A DNA stretch of 64,000 nucleotides from the IMG/VR virus record IMGVR_UViG_3300025603_001562; one strand, 5' to 3'. Within the stretch, counting starts at the first letter, position 1, and each line of letters starts with the position of its first letter. A model generated the notes under the pieces. The model did not search any database, was not told the DNA's origin, and saw only the letters and a program-made list of their open reading frames with translations. The DNA is from an uncultured virus (IMG/VR IMGVR_UViG_3300025603_001562). Its lineage: Duplodnaviria; Heunggongvirae; Uroviricota; Caudoviricetes. The translations under genes and the position numbers were made by a program. This document shows, piece by piece, positions 29,968-39,450 of the stretch.

Positions 29968-31385
29968 GCACTTATAAAATATACCCCTCGAAAGGTAATA
30001 CGATAGCATCGGGAGCTTTCGCCAACTTCAATTCCAGTCAAAATGCTGTGACGGACTTGTTTTATGGTGGAGGTGTTGAAACCTCTGTTAATCTTAGGAA
30101 CGCATTCTCTAGATTTCTTGTCCAGTTTGACTTAGCTGGCTTGACCTCAAAGATTGCAAACAGAGAGATTATGTCTGGGTCAGTGATATCTTATAGACTT
30201 AGAATGAAGAACTCCATCCCTGCAGAAAGACTTCTGGAGAAGAATTGGGAGTTTGATAAGCTACAGCGACAGATAGCTGCTTCTTTTGATTTGCAAGTAT
30301 TCCCTGTGAACAAAGCTTGGGACGAAGGTCGCGGGTATGATTTGGTTAAAGAGGATTATCTTGTGAAACAAAAAGGAAATCTCCTTATTTCGGGGTACTC
30401 GAACTGGAATTCGGCTTCTATCGCAACTGCGTGGGATGCTGCTGGGGTTTACACTAATCCATCTGCTTCCACGACAAGCTACGGAGAACAACACTTTGCT
30501 ATTGGAAACGAAGATTTAAACATCGATGTAACCGACATTGTTGCTGACTGGTTGTCTGGTGGTTCCGCAAACTATGGAATGATGGTTGCGTACCGACGAG
30601 ATTATGAGGCTTTAAGTAGCGATACTCGAACGATTGCATCTTTCTTTACCCATAAGACCAATTCAGCATTTAAACCCTATATAGAGGTCTTATATGACCA
30701 AACTATAAAAGATGACCGAAATCAAGTCACCAACAACAGAGCTTCAAGATTGTTTTTGTACACATTCTCTGGGAATACTCCTGCTAATTATTCGACAGCG
30801 AGCACAGTAAACATTTTAAACTCCGCTGGGTCTGCTGTTCACTCTGGATTGGTTCCAACTCAATTAGAGAAAGGCGTATATTACATCGATGTGTTTATGA
30901 GCGGTACAACTCGTGGTCAACAATATAGAGATGTTTGGCAAGGCGTTTCTTTTAACACTGTATACGATACTCAAGATATCACTCAATACTTTACGATTCA
31001 AGACAACTACTACACTGGGACACAGTTCCAGCCAGCTATAAATGATTACGTTCTTGATATTTACGGACTTCCAGAGGGCGGGATTGTTTATACAGACCAG
31101 CAGATTAGAGTTTACTGTAACATGCGAGCTGCATATTCGACTCAGCCTCCAAAAAATAATTACTCAATCAAATACAGATTGTACATGAACAATCAGATAG
31201 AGGCAGTTGGGTGGACCGAAGTGAATCAAGCAGTTATTAACAAGAAGAAACTAAACTATCTTACGTTGGACACAAGCTGGCTGCTTCATAATCAAACATA
31301 TCAATTGCAGTTTCAAATAGAGGAGTGGGGCACCTCAAGAGTTTATCCTAAGACTATTGATTTCAAAGTGCAAAGACCTTTCTAA
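29964..31385 (+). CDS. Virion protein with a DNRLRE-like domain
   Basis: SRFLVQFDL, WDEGRG, DVTDIVADWLSG..NYG, FKPYIEV. Confidence 0.65.
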   Translation: MSTYKIYPSKGNTIASGAFANFNSSQNAVTDLFYGGGVETSVNLRNAFSRFLVQFDLAGLTSKIANREIMSGSVISYRLRMKNSIPAERLLEKNWEFDKLQRQIAASFDLQVFPVNKAWDEGRGYDLVKEDYLVKQKGNLLISGYSNWNSASIATAWDAAGVYTNPSASTTSYGEQHFAIGNEDLNIDVTDIVADWLSGGSANYGMMVAYRRDYEALSSDTRTIASFFTHKTNSAFKPYIEVLYDQTIKDDRNQVTNNRASRLFLYTFSGNTPANYSTASTVNILNSAGSAVHSGLVPTQLEKGVYYIDVFMSGTTRGQQYRDVWQGVSFNTVYDTQDITQYFTIQDNYYTGTQFQPAINDYVLDIYGLPEGGIVYTDQQIRVYCNMRAAYSTQPPKNNYSIKYRLYMNNQIEAVGWTEVNQAVINKKKLNYLTLDTSWLLHNQTYQLQFQIEEWGTSRVYPKTIDFKVQRPF

Positions 31386-31918
31386 TGCAAAATCAAATTA
31401 TAGATGAGGGATTGTCGGAAGAAAAAGGCCTAAACGAACTGACCAGCGGCGTGTTGGTGGCTCTAGGTAATCAAATTGCTCAGGAGATTAATCAAAACAA
31501 AGGGCACTTGGACTTAGGAACATATGGTCTCGTTCATACAGGCGGTATATCTCAAAAGTATCAAGAGAAATTAGGTCCAAAAGTTAATTCATTTTGGGAA
31601 CAGCTGGACCTGCTGGTGTCAATTGTAAGAAGTAACGCAACTGGTTCGGCCCAATACATACACTCACCTAAAGCTGATGGCACATATAATTACGGTGCAA
31701 CAAAGCGTATTGAGCTATTTGTGTCCCCAGAAGACATGCAAGAACTGGCAGATAAAGTGATTGAGTATAAAGATGAAGTCACAGGAATTGATGTATATTT
31801 CAAGCTGTACTACTTGTTCCATAGTTTATTGCTGCATGAATTACGTCATGCGTTTGATGACATGCGTACCGATGGAATGATATTTAAGAATAAAAAAAAC
31901 TATAAGGTTCCAAGATAA
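31385..31918 (+). CDS. Zincin-like (HExxH) protein, N-terminal part (frameshifted at A8)
   Basis: LLHELRHAFDD; the frame continues into 31929-32306 if one A is removed at 31892-31899. Confidence 0.6.
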   Translation: MQNQIIDEGLSEEKGLNELTSGVLVALGNQIAQEINQNKGHLDLGTYGLVHTGGISQKYQEKLGPKVNSFWEQLDLLVSIVRSNATGSAQYIHSPKADGTYNYGATKRIELFVSPEDMQELADKVIEYKDEVTGIDVYFKLYYLFHSLLLHELRHAFDDMRTDGMIFKNKKNYKVPR

Positions 31919-31928
31919 GCACGGCCAC

Positions 31929-32306
31929 ATGAATACTGAGCCAACAAGTGATGAAGACCCAGAAGTATTCAAAAAACAAAGAGGAAAAGCTTACCTTCAG
32001 CAACCTCACGAAATATGGGCTAGAGCATCTCAGGCAATGCATAATCTAAGATACACAGTTGGCACAGCCGAGTTTGATGAGACCATTAGAATGATTCCTT
32101 TAAAGCTTGTGGTGACACAATTCAGGACTAACTTTAAATGGTGGAATAATATTTCTGATAAAGCAAAAAGAAGACTTGTTAAAGCAGTTGCAAATCAGTG
32201 GAACGAAGTGGATATTGATTTAAAGCAAAAGAATGCATCAAACAGCGTGGAGCTCGCTGAGCTACGCCGTTACATCAGAAGTGTCGTGGCTGAGGTGGTC
32301 AGCTAA
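31929..32306 (+). CDS. Zincin-like protein, C-terminal part
   Basis: YLQQPHEIWAR supplies the probable third metal ligand; frame is open back through the A8 tract. Confidence 0.55.
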   Translation: MNTEPTSDEDPEVFKKQRGKAYLQQPHEIWARASQAMHNLRYTVGTAEFDETIRMIPLKLVVTQFRTNFKWWNNISDKAKRRLVKAVANQWNEVDIDLKQKNASNSVELAELRRYIRSVVAEVVS

Positions 32307-33035
32307 TCGCTTTGTTGCGATTTCGAAATTCTCTTCATCTTTTTCTATTGCAATAAATCTCCTGCTTTCTTTTAAAGATGCTATCGGAGTTGTTCCAGAG
32401 CCCACGCAATTATCCAAAATAAGCTCTCCTGGGTTAGAGTAAGTTCGAATCATGTACCTCACAAGCTCTTCTGGCTTTTGTGTGGATATAAACCTTTGCT
32501 CTGCTCCTGAGTTGTCGTTGTTGACAGTGACCCACTCCTGGACGCTCGTTGGGTATCTATCTGTTTGTCCGCCTCCTTGTATGCCTTTCTTGGTCTTTCC
32601 GTATGTGGTTCCATCGGAAGTGTGCTTCGTGAATGAATTAACAGGCTTGTGTCCTGTTGTTTTCTGAGGATTGTAGGTGCATGGCTTCTTGTAAAAAACA
32701 AGAACGTTCTCATGTTTTTTAAGAGGCTGGTGTTTTGCGTTCAAAAAGTTAGAGGACCTGTTTTTAACCCAAATCCATTCATACTTTAACCATTTGATGT
32801 TGGATACTCCAAGAATTTTGTCGAAAGGGGTTGATGCTGTTAGCACATATGCACAGTTCTCTTTTCCAATGCGCTTGTACTCTTTCCACAAAAGCTCTAG
32901 GTCAATGGGTGAATCCCATTTGTTTTTAGTCTGGTTGTAAGGTAAATCACAAAAGACCATGTCCACTGAGTCTTTTGGAATAAGTTTCATCACCTCAAGG
33001 CAATCACCGAAATGAATAGTGTTTTCGTTCAGCAT
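32262..33035 (-). CDS. DNA N6-adenine/N4-cytosine methyltransferase (beta class), orphan
   Basis: GDCLE, DLPY, TQKP, DNCVGSGTT; likely start MLNENTIH at 33035. Confidence 0.9.
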   Translation of the reverse strand: MLNENTIHFGDCLEVMKLIPKDSVDMVFCDLPYNQTKNKWDSPIDLELLWKEYKRIGKENCAYVLTASTPFDKILGVSNIKWLKYEWIWVKNRSSNFLNAKHQPLKKHENVLVFYKKPCTYNPQKTTGHKPVNSFTKHTSDGTTYGKTKKGIQGGGQTDRYPTSVQEWVTVNNDNSGAEQRFISTQKPEELVRYMIRTYSNPGELILDNCVGSGTTPIASLKESRRFIAIEKDEENFEIATKRLADHLSHDTSDVTA

Positions 33036-33042
33036 ATTTGTC

Positions 33043-33573
33043 TTATAGGGCTCTCCCTCTTTCTTCAATAGGAATTGCTTGGTTTACTTCATTATAAATC
33101 AGTCGAGCCAATTCGTAGATTGCAAAGTAGCGTGCCTGGCTAATGCTTTGCTCTACATCTTCCGTCAACTGAACCACTCTTGTGTAAGTCCTCAAACTGC
33201 TTACTGCGGAAATAACTACACAGTTTGTTTTTTTGTTGACCTCTGATATGAAAACGCTATAGCTTGAGCCATATTTCAGTCTACTTTTTTTAGCTATTTT
33301 TTCGGCAGCAAGGTCGGTACATAAAGATGTTTGGATGTTTACTTCGTGAAGTTTAAAAAAAGAACGAATCATAGCAGGCCTTGGGGAGGTAATTCCACAT
33401 TTATATCCAATTTCTATATTTTGAGACAACTCTGACAAAGCAGTTCCAACCGTCCCCATTGTATATATTTCGACAGTGGTAATGGTAATTTTATGTTCTT
33501 CAATAGATTCAGCAATAATGCCTAAGAGTTCTTTTTTGCTGTAGCTATTTATAGCCGTTTTTTTCCAAATCAT
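33043..33573 (-). CDS. Degenerate CinA/PncC (NMN deamidase fold) protein
   Basis: ITITTVEIYTMGTVG aligns with LATAESCTGG; AEKIAKKSRLKYGSSYSVFIS aligns with AREMAEGARK..GADIGVSIT; start uncertain. Confidence 0.5.
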   Translation of the reverse strand: MIWKKTAINSYSKKELLGIIAESIEEHKITITTVEIYTMGTVGTALSELSQNIEIGYKCGITSPRPAMIRSFFKLHEVNIQTSLCTDLAAEKIAKKSRLKYGSSYSVFISEVNKKTNCVVISAVSSLRTYTRVVQLTEDVEQSISQARYFAIYELARLIYNEVNQAIPIEERGRAL

Positions 33574-33802
33574 TTACACTGGGATAACGTAATTCTTTAT
33601 TGCACACTTGGCACACTACTTTAAGCTCTGACGAACCCTTGTTTGACGAAACAAACTTTAACTCATCTTTTGGGTGTTCACAAAAGTTTTGAACCTCTTG
33701 CAGCTCTTGCTCTTGTTTTAAGATTCCGCTCTGCAGTTTCTTAGCTTTCCCTTTTAAGATTGTTTCTGCTTCTGTCAAATTGCGTTTTTTATTATCAGCC
33801 AT
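33545..33802 (-). CDS. Small coiled-coil plus zinc-ribbon protein
   Basis: CEH...CQVC; late motif upstream. Confidence 0.6.
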   Translation of the reverse strand: MADNKKRNLTEAETILKGKAKKLQSGILKQEQELQEVQNFCEHPKDELKFVSSNKGSSELKVVCQVCNKELRYPSVNDLEKNGYK

Positions 33803-33924
33803 TTAGTAGAACTATTGGTGCTCTAATAAATAACAGGCCTAGCGTTGTTTGTGCACCGTTTTCAAAACGTGCGATTATAAGCTATATTACAATTATAATA
33901 TCGAATTCGCAAGAAATCTTTAAT

Positions 33925-34890
33925 TTAATTGACTCTGATGTGCTTCGAAATAAGTTTTTGAAGCTCGCCCTCAACTGTATAATTCAGTAGTTTTTTTGAA
34001 TTTGAGTTCGGTGCGAGTGGCGCCTGAGGAGTGTGTACATGTGTTAAAAGAATCCTAATCATCAAGTCTAAGAGTTTTATAAGTTCATCACCGAACACTA
34101 ATGGGTGAAGCCTGCTTGCTAACTCGCCCAACTCTTTTAGGTCGTCATTTATTTCAAATTTTTCTAAACTTTTCTCTCTAAACTTTCCTCTTGGTGAGTA
34201 TATGTTTACAACAGTGGAAGTTAGTTCTCCAGCGCTGTATCGTGATATTTCAGCATTATCTCCAGTGTTCACTATTTGTTTTAACCTTAAATAAGAAGGG
34301 TGTTCAATGTTCGCTTTTATTGTTCCTGGGCTGAAAAGACCAGCAGCAATAAATATTTCTTTAGGCCTTAGTATAACGTGAGTGTCATCTCGACCTTGTA
34401 GCGCGACATCGCTTCTTTCAGGGAGAACTAGAGACGGTTCACTCCTAGAAAGAAGAGTCTGGTTAGGGTTGAAGCTAGATTTATCAAATACTCTAATTGC
34501 GTCTCTATAGGATTGAAAGTTGAATTTAAGTTGAGAAGTAATTACTGGTCCAATCCAATACCTTGGAGCTGTTATTTCTGATGGGTTTTCCATTAACAGT
34601 ATAACCATTTCCCCAGGAATAGGCCTCATGTGAATAAAGCCAGGCATTAGAGGAATGGCATACTGTAGTTTTTCGTTAGAAATATTTCTATCTCTTCCGC
34701 CAGTAATTTCTCCTTTTTCATCTAAAGCAACGATACGCGCAACCAAGCGACCTTGTTCGGTCGGGTCTTCTTCATTTACAACAATTGCAGGGTAAAGGTT
34801 TTTCATGCTTGACAAGTTTGTTTTTGCCTGGTCAAACCTTTGTCCATTATCCTGTTGTAAGCTTTTTGCGTAATCGTCTATTCCTGGCAT
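33925..34890 (-). CDS. Baseplate hub/central spike (gp5/gpV OB-fold-like)
   Basis: IVVNEEDPTEQGRLVARI, P.PGEMV, YWIG; C-terminal HVH. Confidence 0.75.
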   Translation of the reverse strand: MPGIDDYAKSLQQDNGQRFDQAKTNLSSMKNLYPAIVVNEEDPTEQGRLVARIVALDEKGEITGGRDRNISNEKLQYAIPLMPGFIHMRPIPGEMVILLMENPSEITAPRYWIGPVITSQLKFNFQSYRDAIRVFDKSSFNPNQTLLSRSEPSLVLPERSDVALQGRDDTHVILRPKEIFIAAGLFSPGTIKANIEHPSYLRLKQIVNTGDNAEISRYSAGELTSTVVNIYSPRGKFREKSLEKFEINDDLKELGELASRLHPLVFGDELIKLLDLMIRILLTHVHTPQAPLAPNSNSKKLLNYTVEGELQKLISKHIRVN

Positions 34891-34892
34891 TT

Positions 34893-35096
34893 TTAAAACT
34901 TATCTAGTAGCTGTTTGTATTTATGTTCGATGTCATCTAATTTCATTCTTGAGGTTTCTATTGCTATTTTTATAACTTCTTTTTGTTTTAAGTCCTCTTC
35001 GGAATCTAGTTGTTCACACATCTCTATGATGGTCGACTTGAGTTTTCCGTGCTCCTTCCCAAGTATTTGTAAATCTTTAAGCGTATCTTGTTTCAT
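34893..35096 (-). CDS. Small coiled-coil hypothetical protein
   Basis: 67-aa ORF, tightly coupled to its neighbours. Confidence 0.6.
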   Translation of the reverse strand: MKQDTLKDLQILGKEHGKLKSTIIEMCEQLDSEEDLKQKEVIKIAIETSRMKLDDIEHKYKQLLDKF

Positions 35097-35509
35097 CGTG
35101 GTACTCCAATTCCTGTGTGAGGTGCAATAGAGGCTCCGATGGCGGTAACTGGACCACCAGCGTTTCCTCCAGATGCTTGCACTTTAATTCCTGTATCCAC
35201 AGCTAAATCTATTCGGCATTGGCTTTGTATGTGGTCAACAATCTCCTCAGAGAATGCTTTTACAAACGCTTCCATGACATTATTCGTACCATCTTCTATA
35301 GTGCCTGTTGGGATACCGATTTCTCCGAATCTAGAAATCATAGATGAGGCCAAAAGCTCAGACGACATGCCAGCTCTGCTTTTTGCAAAAATGATTTGAG
35401 GCAAAGAGAGCCTTGGAACAGGAAGCCTGTCCTCTTCTAGCATATATAGGAAAAATGTCGCGATTTCCTCGGACAAATTTAAACTTGGGTCTTGTTGAAA
35501 TAGTGACAT
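35093..35509 (-). CDS. Putative virion protein
   Basis: Start MSLFQQ chosen; C-terminal GGNAGGPV; next to the spike gene. Confidence 0.6.
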   Translation of the reverse strand: MSLFQQDPSLNLSEEIATFFLYMLEEDRLPVPRLSLPQIIFAKSRAGMSSELLASSMISRFGEIGIPTGTIEDGTNNVMEAFVKAFSEEIVDHIQSQCRIDLAVDTGIKVQASGGNAGGPVTAIGASIAPHTGIGVPR

Positions 35510-35510
35510 A

Positions 35511-36809
35511 TTAAATCGGTGTTTGTCCTGCAAGTATTGGCGCAAGGGATGCGGCTGCCTTAGCATACGCTACGGCTTTCTTGGCGTCCTCAATGGTGTT
35601 TTCTGCTTCTGCCGTTAAAGCAAAGCGGGCTTTGATTTTGTCAAGTTTTCGCTTTCCTCTTTCTCTATAAATTCTTGCGAAGTAGTTTTTTGCTAATTTC
35701 TTAAATTCTCGTATAGCGATAATTAAAATCATATTCACGAGTAGCTTGTACAGCTGGTTAGCCAAGCTTTCCCCGAATGCTTTTTTGTTTGGGTTGGGAG
35801 ATGATTCATTCATAATCTCACACGTGTTGGTGACCAAGTCATCCACACTGGGGTTATAATCTTCTGGGAAGTCTAACTGAATAGAACCCAGCAGTGGCCC
35901 AATAAATGGCTGTACCAGGTTGGTGATGTTCGAAATAAACTTCTCCAAAAAAATCTGCATAAAAGTCTTTCCACCAGATTTTGCGTTCTGCTGGTTATTT
36001 ATTTGCTGTGCAGTGCTTTCTACATAAGTTGCAAGTATCTCAATGCTTTGAGCTGGGGTTGTGGGGTTGCTAGATAGCGTTTGGATTCCTCCGCCTTCAA
36101 ATATCCACGAAGGGTCCTCTGGAAGAGTGATTTTTACTTTTTGACAGGATATTTCTAGGATGACTTCTCCTTTCTCCAGCTGCCTGGCCAAAGCTATCCT
36201 ATTGTACTCAACATCTTCATCGCGGATAAAGCCGTTGTTTGAAAGCGAATACGCATCGACTGCACAAACTGCGTTTTCGATGATTCGATTTCTTTCATCC
36301 GCATTGGGGTTTAGATATTCTGCTGCTGGCCCTTCTTTGGGCCCGAAAACCGCTAGAGTGAGGTCTTTTACTATTTTCTGCTTTGCTGTCTGCAGGAAGT
36401 TTGTTAATCCAGCCTCATCCATTTTTTGATTTATAGCAGATGCGTTCCCTTTTGCAATTGCGTCCCTACTTGCGGGGTCTGACTCGGCAAGGTTAAATGT
36501 TCCTCCAGGCATTTGAACGCCCGCGTACATAACTTGAGTAGCCAGTCCTTCTACGATTGTTTCCTCTAGGAAAGTTCCAGCTTCATCAAGTACACGAGAG
36601 AAAAATTGTTGGAATATAACCTCTGGGCTGATTCCCATCGACTCAAGTATCCTCAATAAATAATCGAAAGTGGAAACCTGGTCCAGTTTTGGAATGTTTT
36701 TAAACTCCAAAAAAGGCAACTCCAAAAGGCTCTTCATAGAACCTATTTTGGCTGTTAATTCACTTTGTGTGGATGTAAGCGGATTTGATTTTGGGATGTT
36801 TAGTGGCAT
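35511..36809 (-). CDS. Hypothetical helical protein (late operon)
   Basis: 432-aa ORF. Confidence 0.65.
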   Translation of the reverse strand: MPLNIPKSNPLTSTQSELTAKIGSMKSLLELPFLEFKNIPKLDQVSTFDYLLRILESMGISPEVIFQQFFSRVLDEAGTFLEETIVEGLATQVMYAGVQMPGGTFNLAESDPASRDAIAKGNASAINQKMDEAGLTNFLQTAKQKIVKDLTLAVFGPKEGPAAEYLNPNADERNRIIENAVCAVDAYSLSNNGFIRDEDVEYNRIALARQLEKGEVILEISCQKVKITLPEDPSWIFEGGGIQTLSSNPTTPAQSIEILATYVESTAQQINNQQNAKSGGKTFMQIFLEKFISNITNLVQPFIGPLLGSIQLDFPEDYNPSVDDLVTNTCEIMNESSPNPNKKAFGESLANQLYKLLVNMILIIAIREFKKLAKNYFARIYRERGKRKLDKIKARFALTAEAENTIEDAKKAVAYAKAAASLAPILAGQTPI

Positions 36810-37231
36810 TATTCTTCATTTTCATCAGCACCACTATCATTGCCATTATTTCTTCTTTTTTCCCTACGGTCCTTAACAATATTCTGCATCCTCTCAGCCA
36901 TGAATCGTTTTTCTTCGTCAGACATAACTGTGTTGTTTATAATTGTTGGTTGGTCTGTCTTATGAATAATCTTACCCATTTCTTTAACGATGTCATTCAG
37001 AGTGTTAGATGCGTTAGAGGCGGCTTGAAGATATCCTAAAGCTGACTTACTCATCGTGAACACTTCTTCTTTAGTCTGCATGTCAGCATCAACCCTACGA
37101 TATCTATCTAGGGCCATATCTCGCTCTTCAACTTTAAATTGAGCCACTTTATTAAGAAGTTCTGCATGGCCGTCTGCGGTCATTTCAATCTTCTTTTCAC
37201 TTGTAGCTTTAGGGTTATCTGTTGCGTCCAT
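36809..37231 (-). CDS. Hypothetical protein (late operon)
   Basis: 140-aa ORF with late motif upstream. Confidence 0.65.
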   Translation of the reverse strand: MDATDNPKATSEKKIEMTADGHAELLNKVAQFKVEERDMALDRYRRVDADMQTKEEVFTMSKSALGYLQAASNASNTLNDIVKEMGKIIHKTDQPTIINNTVMSDEEKRFMAERMQNIVKDRREKRRNNGNDSGADENEE

Positions 37232-37264
37232 AGCTTCTTTTGTTATAAATAGAGCTTGGAATTT

Positions 37265-37639
37265 TTATGGTATGTTCAAAAATAAGCCCATTCTTAAAAT
37301 TGCGTCAGCTCTAACAGACTCTAATGCGCTTTTTACCTCATCCTCTGACATCATGGTTTTGTCTCGCAAGTACTCTACAACAAAAGTATCATATTTAATC
37401 ATGTCAGCCGTTTGTTGTTGGTCCATTTCTGGGAATGATTCTAAAACACTTACAATAGCGTCGCACACTAAAAAATCTTCATCATCCTCCTGAAGAAGAA
37501 CTTGAGACTTCGACTCTAATCCATCCATTAGGTAATGATAGAACTTAATGCAATTGTCTTTCGTTATTCCTGTTAGCTCATTCTTAAATAGCGATTGAGC
37601 AAGTGTTATAAATGTGAGCTTTTTTAAGTCTAGTTCCAT
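37265..37639 (-). CDS. Hypothetical protein
   Basis: 124-aa ORF abutting the sigma-like gene. Confidence 0.6.
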   Translation of the reverse strand: MELDLKKLTFITLAQSLFKNELTGITKDNCIKFYHYLMDGLESKSQVLLQEDDEDFLVCDAIVSVLESFPEMDQQQTADMIKYDTFVVEYLRDKTMMSEDEVKSALESVRADAILRMGLFLNIP

Positions 37640-38506
37640 TTACTCGTTTTTCTTTCGTAGGTACTCTGTCTTTTTTGTGTCGTAGATGCCTTTGATTCTT
37701 GAAAGTGAATAAGTAACCTCTCTAGACTCTAACTTTGTCTCATCAAGTATTGCATGTCTAATAGATTGTTTAGCATACTTTCCTTCTTCGTAAGCATCTT
37801 GATTCTCCATCACTTTCAGAATTGCGTTTATCACCTTTACGTCATTTGGAGGAATGTTCTTTTTGTTGAGCTCATTTTCCATCATGCTGTGAACATATTC
37901 GAAAAATTCAAATGTTTCATCCTGTTCCACATCAGCGTCCATTTCAAAACTTTCTTGCCTTTCGGTCTCGTCTTTATGGTCTTCCCAAGAGAGGTTTACA
38001 GATTTTAAATCATCTAAATCTTTTTTTCTGTTTTGAAGGTAGTGTTTAGCTACTGTTCCATAGTAAGAAAAAGACTTGGCGCCATTATCAGGGTCAAAAT
38101 TTGCAAATTTAAGATAAAGGTGGGTGACACACAGTTTCTGAAGTGTCTTCACGTCTACATCGTGACTAAATAGCTTGTAAGTGAAGATGATGTTCTCTAC
38201 CAGTCGGTAAAGTGGCTTTTCTATATCATCTCTAAAGATTCGCTCTTTCCTTGCTTGGGTTTCTGGGGAGTACGCACCTGTGATTCTATACTCTAATTCA
38301 GCTACATAACCGTCATCAATTGTTTCGTCTAATTCCCCACGCTCGATAAGATATTTATCGAGTTTTCTTTCAAGGTAGACTGTGTCAAGGTTTAAAAAAA
38401 CTTTAACAGCGTGTTCAGTGCCTTGTGTCCAGTACACTTTGCTCTTCTTTTTCTCAATACCATTATCCGCCGTGGTGCCTGTTTCGGATGGACTAATTGT
38501 TTCCAT
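37640..38506 (-). CDS. Late-transcription sigma factor-like protein (T4 gp55-like)
   Basis: LYRLVENII...FDPDNGAKSFSYYGTVAKHYL resembles sigma region 2 of gp55-type factors. Confidence 0.65.
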   Translation of the reverse strand: METISPSETGTTADNGIEKKKSKVYWTQGTEHAVKVFLNLDTVYLERKLDKYLIERGELDETIDDGYVAELEYRITGAYSPETQARKERIFRDDIEKPLYRLVENIIFTYKLFSHDVDVKTLQKLCVTHLYLKFANFDPDNGAKSFSYYGTVAKHYLQNRKKDLDDLKSVNLSWEDHKDETERQESFEMDADVEQDETFEFFEYVHSMMENELNKKNIPPNDVKVINAILKVMENQDAYEEGKYAKQSIRHAILDETKLESREVTYSLSRIKGIYDTKKTEYLRKKNE

Positions 38507-39450
38507 TATGCTTCGATATATTCAATTTGTTCATCATCCTCTACGAAATAAGCATCAGTTGCTGTTTTGTGCCAGAACTCAGCTTCTTTCTGAGGCATGC
38601 CACCTTTGTCTATAGGAATCTGGACCAGATTTTGAGGAAGTTTGCAACTAGTGTGGCTGTAAGAGTCTCTTCTTAGAATTCTCTGCTCGTAACCCAGCCT
38701 TGGAACGTTCATTATCAAAATGTCGTTATAAGCCATCCTCAAGAAAAATTCGTAAGGCGATACTAATTTAATGTTTGACTTCATTGGATATAGAACATCG
38801 TCTCTTTCTTCAATCGCATCCTCTTCTTCGGTCATAGACGAGACTTTGTATAAAGCGCCAAGAGGGGATAGGCAGTTGAATTTCAGAAGAAGATTTTGGT
38901 CATATTTACCAGCTACCTCAGCCATTCCTTCTGCCCAACAAGCTTCGTTATAGTACCCTTGGAATGCTCCATGAACTACGTTTCGAATTACTGGAGTGAA
39001 AATTCCAACTTCTGGATTCTCCGATGCATATATCTTAGCTGTGTGTATCCAGGACGTGCTGTATACGTCTTCTGGCTCCGCGATTGAGAAAAACTCATAC
39101 CCGCTTTCGACTGCGCTTTGAAATCCTAAGTTAAAAGCCTCTGCAAAATTGGTTACATCCACTAAGTGAATTGTGTATTCCAATGGAAACACAGACGATA
39201 CTGGCTCTCTTATTAATTCACCTGGTTTTTTAGGGTCTTCTTTTGTCTGTTGGATAGTCGGTTTATCAATTACGCTTTGAAGCACATCTAGCTCCTTTTG
39301 GCTTAGGCCCCCGTGCATCAAAAGCACATCAACGGGCTCACGTTGCATTGCTAACGAGTAAATAAACTCATGAAGAGACTCCACCATAGGCAGTTCTCTG
39401 AAATACGCTGCAATTAGCGTGTTATGCTTCTTTTGCTCTGTTAAATTCAT
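38506..39450 (-). CDS. Divergent GT-A (GT2-like) glycosyltransferase
   Basis: NFAEAFNLG, FSIAEPED, YEFFLRMAYN..I..VPRLGY. Confidence 0.6.
   Translation of the reverse strand: MNLTEQKKHNTLIAAYFRELPMVESLHEFIYSLAMQREPVDVLLMHGGLSQKELDVLQSVIDKPTIQQTKEDPKKPGELIREPVSSVFPLEYTIHLVDVTNFAEAFNLGFQSAVESGYEFFSIAEPEDVYSTSWIHTAKIYASENPEVGIFTPVIRNVVHGAFQGYYNEACWAEGMAEVAGKYDQNLLLKFNCLSPLGALYKVSSMTEEEDAIEERDDVLYPMKSNIKLVSPYEFFLRMAYNDILIMNVPRLGYEQRILRRDSYSHTSCKLPQNLVQIPIDKGGMPQKEAEFWHKTATDAYFVEDDEQIEYIEA

Noticed and set aside
28847..29981. Intron or ribosomal bypass joining MSIFKI to YPSK
   Set aside because: There is no non-coding room for a ribozyme, 1.1 kb is too long for bypassing, and the downstream gene has its own ATG.
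32262..33035. Restriction-modification system
   Set aside because: No adjacent restriction endonuclease; orphan methyltransferases are common in phages.
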